Source: Octopus sinensis (taxonomy: Eukaryota). Taken from it: a stretch of 32,187 bases of DNA. Shown piece after piece: positions 25,053 through 32,187 of the stretch. Location: contig NW_021829667.1 in NCBI RefSeq assembly GCF_006345805.1, positions 1 through 32,187 of the forward strand, written 5' to 3'. Position numbers and translations under genes: made by a program. Numbering within the stretch: the first letter of the stretch is position 1; each line of letters opens with the position of its first letter. The notes beneath the pieces were generated by a model, which was not told where the DNA came from, did no database searches, and saw nothing but the letters and a program-made list of their open reading frames with translations.

Positions 25053-25715
25053 CACTACTACTACTACTACTGCTACTTCTGCTGCTGCTGCTGCTACTAC
25101 TACAGGTGGTGGTAGTGCTGGTGGTGATGGCGATTGTGATGGTAGTGGTGGTAGCAGTGTATGTACAGTATGGCCGAACGGTTAAGAAGTTAAGGCGAAC
25201 ATGAAGGCACGAACATGAACCAAAAGGAGTGGCTGGAAACATTAAATATAAGATACTGTGGGATTTTACAATCTAATATGACTTCCTAATCGATGCTCGG
25301 AGACCAGACATTGTTGTGGTAGATGAAGGAAAAAAAGGGAAGCAAGACTACAGATATTGCAATGAGCACATAAGTGACAAAAAACTAGAAAAGATAGAAA
25401 AATACAGACTACTAAACGATGTCATTTCAGAAATGTAGGCTATGAGAAAAGTGTCTGTCATCTCAGTAGTTGTAGGGGCATTCGGAGCGCTAAAGAACCA
25501 AGTTCGAGAAATATGTCAGAGAAATCGGAATTGACATTCCGAGCAGAGCAGGCCCCAAAAACTGCTCGGATGGGGACACCTAGAATTTTTGAGCCTGGTA
25601 CTTGGGTGTTGAGTGTCTTCCACGATAATTAACAACCAATTGTCAAAAATTATAATGTGCAAAAAGAGACACTGTAAGACTTCTGGCAACTGGTTGCTGT
25701 CCGCTCTCACGAAAT
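24360..25715 (+). mobile_element. Decayed R4/Dong-clade non-LTR retrotransposon 3' part in hbn intron, interrupted by an insertion at 24821-25197
   Basis: Broken-frame translations: YLRE...TWR*LRRSDLK; EHILR...PLCRM...ETI...HDNVAKFVHW (zinc-knuckle region); KYGLDRA | EHEPKG...KILWDF...ARRPDIVVVD...EKIEKY...VISVVVGAFG (restriction-like endonuclease). Boundaries approximate. Confidence 0.8.
24821..25197. repeat. Inverted duplicate, copy A (hbn intron)
   Basis: Reverse complement of 30503-30938. Segment 25094-25197 vs 30503-30606 matches 102/104; the second unique segment has about 5 differences in ~90 bp; the microsatellite order is the same. Confidence 0.93.
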
Positions 25716-25775
25716 GAACCAGAGCAAAAAAGATCGAGCACTCAGAGAACAAAAAACAACAACAACAATAGCAAC

Positions 25776-25993
25776 AATGGTTTCAAATTTTGTCACAAGG
25801 GCAGCAATCTTATGGGAAGGGAAGGGAAGAGTTGATTACATCGATCCCAGTGTTCAACTGGTACTTTTTTTATCGACCTCGAAAGGATGAATGGTAAAGC
25901 CGACCTCGGCGGAATTTGAATTCAGAACGTAGCGACAGGCGAAACACTGCTAAACATTTCGTCCAGCGCGCTAACGCCTCTGCCAGCTCGCCC
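25776..25993 (-). mobile_element. Family B SINE in hbn intron
   Basis: GGCGAGCTGGCAGAGGCGTTAGCGCGCTGGACGAAATG...GAATTCAAATTCCGCCGAGGTCGGCTTTACC...AGTACCAG; (GTT)n tail. Confidence 0.88.
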
Positions 25994-26077
25994 CCTTCAC
26001 AACAACAACAAAACAACAACATATGAAACACATAAAATAATAAAACAATAATAAAAATAATAATAATAATAATAATA

Positions 26078-26109
<32 letters not shown>

Positions 26110-26120
26110 TTAATATAAAC

Positions 26121-26179
<59 letters not shown>

Positions 26180-26564
26180 CCTTTCTACTGGAAGCGTAAG
26201 GCCTATAATTTTGGGGAAGGGTTAACTCAATTACATGGATTCCAGTGCTAACTGGTACTTATTTAATGGATCCCGAATGGATGAAAGCACAAAGTCGAAA
26301 TCGGTGAAATTTGAACTCAGAACGTAGCGGGCAAAATACCTATTTCTTTACTACCCACAAGAGGCTAAACACAGAGAGGACAAACAAGGACTGACAAACG
26401 GATTAAGTCGATTATATCGACACCAGTGCGTAACTGGTACTTATTTAATCGACCCCGAAAAGAGGAAAGGCAAAGTCGACCTCGGCGGAATTTGAACTCT
26501 GAACGTAACGGCAGACGAAATACTGCTAAGCATTTCGCCCGACGTGCTAACGATTCTGCCAGCT
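26180..26564 (-). mobile_element. Dimer-like family B SINE in hbn intron
   Basis: A full body at 26339-26564 is followed directly by a second, more diverged 3' body at 26180-26338; (ATT)n tail. Confidence 0.85.
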
Positions 26565-26575
26565 TAATAATAATG

Positions 26576-26660
<85 letters not shown>

Positions 26661-26667
26661 CAATAAC
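26565..26667. repeat. (AAT)n array 37 nt from the hbn donor site
   Basis: Direct reading; a second (AAT)n lies at ~26035-26179. Confidence 0.97.
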
Positions 26668-26703
26668 ATCTGCTCTTCCAGAACATATGTGAGAAAGACT
26701 TAC

Positions 26704-27122
26704 CTGTACTCTAGCTTCACTGAGATCAAGTCTCATAGCCAGTTCTTCTCTGGTAAACACATCCGGGTACTGCGTCTTCTCGAACGACCGCTCCAATTGA
26801 TGTAGCTGATACGTCGTAAATGTGGTGCGGCTTCGTCGAATCTTCCGAGGTTTGGGGCTGGACACGCCACCATCGTCACCATTCATATGTCCACTTTGCA
26901 TGAGGCTATCACCGACGCCCGGACTGGTGGCGTCCTCAAGGCTCTGAGCCGACTGCAAAGATGGCGGCTGACAATGTTCTTTCCTGCTGTCGGTCATGCT
27001 GTTGCTCTCGCTGGCACCGTAAGAACACATATCCGTCGTAACCAAGGCCGAAGTTTCGTCGAAGTGGGTACGGTTCGGTACATCTGTGCAACTGTCAGCT
27101 ACGACTATATTCGTACACTCCC
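26704..27122 (-). CDS. hbn: Homeobrain-like paired-class homeobox gene, internal coding exon (homeodomain residues 1-46 at 26704-26841)
   Basis: Encodes [50 protein letters not shown], followed by a canonical donor CAG|GTAAGT at 26704/26703. The frame is open back to an acceptor (TCTTCTTTTATGCAATTTCAG|GG) at 27123/27122, with an in-frame TAA 12 codons upstream of the first full codon. [42 protein letters not shown] matches the Homeobrain family as I recall it. The 5' boundary is inferred; in-exon ATG starts (MCSY at 27030) are an alternative. Confidence 0.88.
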
Positions 27123-27234
27123 CTGAAATTGCATAAAAGAAGACAATAATTTAAAATCTCATGAAATGACAACGGCAGCATCAACAACATCATTACCAGC
27201 AGATTATAAGGAACAAATGCAACAATAACAGAAT

Positions 27235-27617
27235 GGAGGCGCAATGGCCCAGTGGTTAGGGCAGCGGACTCACGGTCATAGGATTGCTGTTTCGATTCCC
27301 AGACCGGGCGTTGTGAGTGTTTATTGAGCGAAAACACCTAAAGCTCCACGAGGCTCCGGCAGGGGATGGTGGTGATCCCTGCTGTACTCTTTCGCCACAA
27401 CTTTCTCTCACTCTTACTTCCTATTTCTGTTGTACATGTATTTCAAAGGGCCGGCCTTGTCACTCTCTGTGTCACGCTGAATATCCCCGAGAACTACGTT
27501 AAGGGTACACGTGTCTGTGGAGTGCTCAGCCACTTACACGTTAATTTCACGAGCAGGCTGTTCCGTTGATTCGGATCAACCGGAACCCTCGTCGTCGTAA
27601 CTGATGGAGTGCTTCCA
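27235..27617 (+). mobile_element. Full-length tRNA-derived SINE (family C), antisense to hbn
   Basis: About 13 substitutions from the 11297 copy (manual count). TSD AACAGAAT at 27227-27234 and 27619-27626. Confidence 0.92.
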
Positions 27618-27813
27618 CAACAGAATAAAGAATAATATGAAGACAAGACGGCATAATTAAAAGTTTGCATGTAATTATTCATAACTGTGGATTTGATATA
27701 TAATTGTACACCATCAATATAGTGTACAAAGCGTCACACCAACAACCAATAACACCGACTTTACAGCAACACCGCTTCAAGGCAACACAAGCACTAAAAC
27801 GTGCGTCAGTACA

Positions 27814-28008
27814 GGCGGTCAACTGGCAGAATCATTAGTGCGTCGGACAAAATTGCTTAGTGGTATTTTGGAATTTCTTCTGGCTTTTACAGTCTGAGTT
27901 CAAATTTCGCCGTGGTCGACCTCACAGTTCATCCTTTCGAAATCGATAAAGTACAAGTCAAACACTAGTGTCACTCAGAAACTGATGGCCGTGTGCTAAA
28001 TTTCGAGA

Positions 28009-28010
<2 letters not shown>
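27814..28010 (+). mobile_element. Family B SINE
   Basis: GGCGGTCAACTGGCAGAATCATTAG...GAGTTCAAATTTCGCCGTGGTCGAC; (ATT)n tail at 28011-28058. Confidence 0.82.
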
Positions 28011-28058
<48 letters not shown>

Positions 28059-28591
28059 GAGTGAGAGAGCAGAGCATGCCATCAAAGTGACACTGGGGTA
28101 CAAATATACGAAGCCCAGTATACCCATCATGGCTACACGTCTGCTTAGGGTACACCAAGCACATGCATCACAACCATATGTGCGCGACCTGGTGATCTCA
28201 TATCAAGATAAGCAGCACATGACCTTACAGGTAGGGCCCAGTTAGAATTTTCTTCTGGTCAAGTAGCCCATCTCGCTCAAAAGGTCCCTGAAGAAGGATT
28301 GTTTAAGGATGTTGAACGAACCACCCATGTTTCCAAAGGAGAATTATCAACACACGGCTATGATGCTCCCCCACTACTTCTGCTCATGATCAGAGATGCA
28401 CATATCGTCAGCCACTAAGGGACATGCTCAACTGGTTAAGGTCAAACAACTGACAAACAAATCTGTGGCATTGAGCAAAATATTTACTGTAGCCCATCTT
28501 TCATACCAAGACAAAACAATGTACATGGTAACACTTCCAATCAGTTAAGATCAGAAGCCATGAGAGCCACTGCCTGGTACTGCATCAGGGT
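28059..28591 (-). mobile_element. ~533-bp non-coding dispersed element (family D), copy 2
   Basis: Same termini as 21673-22222; (TAA)n on both sides on the element strand. The strand assignment is inferred from the tail. Confidence 0.8.
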
Positions 28592-28832
28592 ATTATTATT
28601 ATTATATTATTATTATTATTATTATTATATTATATATTATATGATTATATTGTTATTATTATTATTATTATTATGGTTATTATTAATTATTATATTATTA
28701 TTATTATTATTATTATTATTGTTATTATTATTATATTATTATTGTTATTATTATTATTATTATTATTATATTATATTATTTTATATATTTATTGTTATTA
28801 TTTATTATTTTATTATTATTATTATGATATTA

Positions 28833-28870
<38 letters not shown>

Positions 28871-28905
28871 TATTATTTCTTTTTTATTATTATTTATTAT
28901 TATTA

Positions 28906-28946
<41 letters not shown>

Positions 28947-28971
28947 TATTGTTATTATATTATTATTATTG

Positions 28972-29006
<35 letters not shown>

Positions 29007-29087
29007 GTTATTATTATTCTATTATTATGTTATTATTATTATTATTTTATTATTATTATTATTATGTTATTATTATTATTATTATTA

Positions 29088-29119
<32 letters not shown>

Positions 29120-29146
29120 GTAGTAGTAGTAGTAGTAGTAGTAGTA
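28592..29146. repeat. Long imperfect (TAT)n array ending in (TAG)n
   Basis: Direct reading, ~555 bp. Confidence 0.97.
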
Positions 29147-29317
29147 GGCCGGGCAAAAGGCGTAGAGGCATTTCGTCTGAGCTCAAATTCTGTCGAGGTC
29201 GACTTTGCCTCTTATTCTATCGGGTGGACAAATTAAGTACCAGAGAAACGCTGGGGTTGATGTAATCGACCAGTTCCCTCTACTGAAATTTCAGGCCTTG
29301 TGCTTCCAGTGGAAAGG

Positions 29318-29350
<33 letters not shown>

Positions 29351-29551
29351 GTTATTATATTATTATTATTATTATAACTCGCCGGGCAAAAAGCTTGGCG
29401 GCATTTCGTTCTGAGCTCGAATTCTGCCGAGGATGTCTTTGCCTCTCAACCTTCCGGGTTGATAAATTAAATACCAGTGGAGTATTGGGGTTGATGTAAC
29501 CGACTAGCCCCCTCCCTCAAATTTGCAGGTCTAGGGCCAACATTTGAAATC
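29147..29551 (+). mobile_element. Two tandem 5'-truncated family B SINEs (29147-29317, 29377-29551)
   Basis: Both carry the family B core and (ATT)n tails and share a short internal deletion. Confidence 0.82.
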
Positions 29552-29555
29552 ATCT

Positions 29556-29588
<33 letters not shown>

Positions 29589-29590
29589 TA

Positions 29591-29918
29591 GTTTCCTTCT
29601 TTTTTCAAATTTTCTTCCATTTCTCGCCGAGTGTTTTCCGTACACCTGGGGCAGAGAAGCTCATTGTATGCATTCCCAGATTACACACGCAAAATATAAG
29701 GTAAAATATATATTAAAAAAAATTAATAAATAAATTCCTGAGTGGATGTTGTTTGCACAACGATTATGCTCTTCTCAGTACATGAGTCGTTCCAGTTAAC
29801 ACGATTTTTTGCACTTCCTGTAGGGATGGTAAGCTTGGTATCATTTTCAAATAGGTTTCAGTACCTCTTTTTTTTTATCATTCCTAGAGATCCCACAATC
29901 ACTGGTACTGTAGTCGCC
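29591..29918 (-). mobile_element. 5'-truncated R4/Dong-clade LINE 3' end embedded in (TAA)n
   Basis: Minus strand reads TTVPVIVGSLGMIKK..GTETYLKMIPSLPSLQEVQKIVLTGTTHVLRRA* (one frameshift), then a 3' UTR and an (AAT)n tail. (TAA)n also flanks the 5' truncation point. Confidence 0.75.
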
Positions 29919-29963
<45 letters not shown>

Positions 29964-30002
29964 GCACGCGTTCTGAGCTCATATATGTTATACGTATAAT
30001 AA

Positions 30003-30407
30003 CGTCTTCGTTCAGTTTCCGTCTACCAAACCCGCTTACAAGTGTTTCGTTGGAATGAGGTTACAGTAGAAGGCACTTGCTCAAGGTACCATGCTGATGG
30101 ACTGATTCTGAAGCCATGGTGCTTTGAAGTAAGCTTCATACCTATTTCTTTATTACCCACAAGGGGCTAAACACAGAGGGGACAAACAAGGACAGACATA
30201 GGTATTAAGTCGATTACATCGACCCCAGTGCGTAACTGGTACTTAGTTTATCGACCCCGAAAGGATGAAAGGCAAAGTCGACCTCGACGGAATTTGAACT
30301 CACAACGTAACGGCAGATGAAATACCGCTAGGCATTTGGACCGGCGTGTTAACGTTTCTGCCAGGTCACCGTCTTGGAAGTAAGCTTCATACCACACTGC
30401 CGCTCCT
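30003..30407 (-). mobile_element. Family A SINE head interrupted by a full family B SINE (30143-30376)
   Basis: The direct repeat GAAGTAAGCTTCATACC at 30126-30142 and 30377-30393 flanks the family B copy. The host sequence resumes as AGGAGCGGCAGTGTGG on the minus strand. Confidence 0.88.
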
Positions 30408-30502
30408 GAATGGCAAACTCTATCTCAGTGGAATCTGAACATGAAGCCAGAAGAAATGTCGACAAGCGTTTCGTCCGGCACGGTAACGACTCCGCCAGCT
30501 CC

Positions 30503-30638
30503 CGCCTTAACTTCTTAACCGTTAGGCCATACTGTACATACACTGCTACCACCACTACCATCACAATCACCATCACCACCAGCACTACCACCACCTGTAG
30601 TAGTAGCAGCAGAAGGAGCAGTAGTAGTAGTGGTGGAG

Positions 30639-30684
<46 letters not shown>

Positions 30685-30804
30685 AAGAAGTTTGTGTAGT
30701 TGGTAAAACCTTTTAAAAAAGTCCTCTTGTCGAAACGGTTTTCAAAATTTATAACTACGCAGCGAAACCATATACATACATATGTTATATCTATAATATA
30801 ATAT

Positions 30805-30856
<52 letters not shown>

Positions 30857-30938
30857 AGTGTGTGTGTGTGTATATATATATATGTTGTGTGTGTGTGTGG
30901 TGTGGCGTGTGTGTGTACATTTATTCATATACATATTA
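30503..30938. repeat. Inverted duplicate, copy B (upstream of the homeobox exon)
   Basis: See copy A; the internal microsatellite tracts differ in length. Confidence 0.93.
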
Positions 30939-31014
30939 CTTGTTCATATGAAGTCGCATTTGTGTGTCTTTCGATACAAACATGAATATATATATATATA
31001 TATATAATATATAT

Positions 31015-31049
<35 letters not shown>

Positions 31050-31187
31050 ATGTATATATATGTAGCAGCCTCAAGGCTGAAACATATAAATGAATAAAAG
31101 AATAAAATACATACATACATACATACATACATACATACATGCACACACACATACATACATATATACATACATACATACATACATACA

Positions 31188-31219
<32 letters not shown>

Positions 31220-31233
31220 GATATATATACAGA

Positions 31234-31411
31234 GGCACAGGCATGGATGTGTGGTAAGAAGCTTGCTTCGCAGCCACGTGGTTCCGGGTTCAGCCCCACT
31301 GTGAGGTACCTTGGGCAAGTGTCGTCTATCATAGCCTCGAACCAACTAAAGCTTTGTGAGCGGATATGGTAGACGGAAACTGAAAGGAGCTTTTTGCATA
31401 TTATATATATG

Positions 31412-31458
<47 letters not shown>

Positions 31459-31636
31459 GGGGGGGTAGAGGTGCGTGTGCGTCTTTGTGTCTGCGTTTGT
31501 TCGGCAAAAGAGAGCAAAAGAATAAGTACAACAAGGTAAGAAAATATACTGGGGTCGATTATATTCGGGTAAAAATTCAGGGCAGTGGCCGAGGAAGGCC
31601 GGAGTCTAATGAGTGAAACAAGTAAAAGATAAAAGA
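31234..31636 (+). mobile_element. Family A SINE, diverged
   Basis: Head GGCACAGGCATGGATGTGTGGTAAGAAGCTTGC...GGTTCAGCCC, internal (TA)n, end GAAACAAGTAAAAGAT. Confidence 0.8.
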
Positions 31637-31901
31637 TTATATATGTGTGGCATCGTCCGTTTTTCTGTCCTTGTTTCGTATACATTCGATCCTTTTTTCC
31701 AAGAAATCTAATGGTCGTAGCTTAGTTTTTTCTTGGGGCTGGCAGGATCGGAGCGATCTCAAGATTAATCAGCCGAAATTGCGAAGATGATCCAGTTCTT
31801 GACTGAAGATTGAAGGCTTCGAATGTCCCGTCCGTGTTTTTTGTATCGTCTCTAATGTTTTACGTTCTTGTCCCAGTTTGTATTTTTCTACATTAATATA
31901 A

Positions 31902-31955
<54 letters not shown>

Positions 31956-32009
31956 ATATATGAAAAACAAGTCAAGATAGAAAATGCTAAAATAATTTTA
32001 TAAAGAACA

Positions 32010-32051
32010 TTTCAGTACCGGTTTCAGTCATTGAGAACTTTTCAACTGTAA
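32010..32051 (-). ncRNA. Minimal type I hammerhead-ribozyme-like motif (Penelope-like LTR type), probably degenerate
   Basis: Minus strand: UUACAG-UUGAAAA-GUUC(UCAAU)GACU-GAA-ACCGGU-A-CUGAAA. Stem I has 5 of 6 pairs, the core is U3UGAAA8A9, stem II has G.U, a U/C mismatch, U-A and C-G, stem III is the palindrome ACCGGU, and the cleavage triplet is GUA. Confidence 0.5.
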
Positions 32052-32187
32052 CAATTAAATTAAATTTAGAAAAATTAAAAGAAAAGTTTTTTTAAAGAAT
32101 ATTTGTATCGTGTTCAAATATAAGTGACATTTTCCTTGTTTCCTTGTTTATATATATATATATATATATATACATACATACACTTTC

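Noticed and set aside
26365-26703. C-terminal half of the 226-aa ORF (VSLSHICSG...poly-Ile...)
   Set aside because: Read-through past a canonical GTAAGT donor into an (ATT)n array and a SINE; the homeodomain resumes at 24234.
28560-29265. Long Tyr/Leu/Ile-rich ORFs
   Set aside because: Translations of the (TAT)n array; the same applies to the YIHT/MYVC/IYLS-type ORFs throughout the window.
30703-30745. TTTTAAAAAA...GTC-GAAAC-GGT in the inverted duplicate, resembling a hammerhead
   Set aside because: G5 is absent, stem II does not pair, and no stem I can form; at most a very decayed trace.

Overview
AT-rich, microsatellite-saturated eukaryotic DNA. Repeat content and gene structure suggest a mollusc, most likely an octopus (inference). 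One protein-coding gene is supported: a minus-strand Q50 paired-class homeobox gene matching homeobrain (hbn). It has two exons here, 26704-27122 (homeodomain residues 1-46) and 23710-24234 (residues 47-60, OAR motif, stop), joined by a 2469-bp phase-0 intron. A 5' exon probably lies beyond the window. The rest is mostly several tRNA-derived SINE families, two R4/Dong-type LINE relics, an RTE 5' relic, an internally deleted mariner, Helitron relics, a palindromic foldback element and simple repeats. Best leads: (1) a nested set of inverted repeats around the homeobox exon, including a 94-98% identical inverted duplicate, a candidate for pre-mRNA dsRNA, editing or back-splicing; (2) a minimal Penelope-type hammerhead ribozyme motif with U3-A8 covariation, sense to hbn, at 32010-32051; (3) a fixed-end, headless ~540-bp element embedded in (TAA)n arrays like the R4/Dong fragments. 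No wholly new biological system is demonstrated. These are testable hypotheses from manual reading, and all identities and most repeat boundaries are hand estimates.
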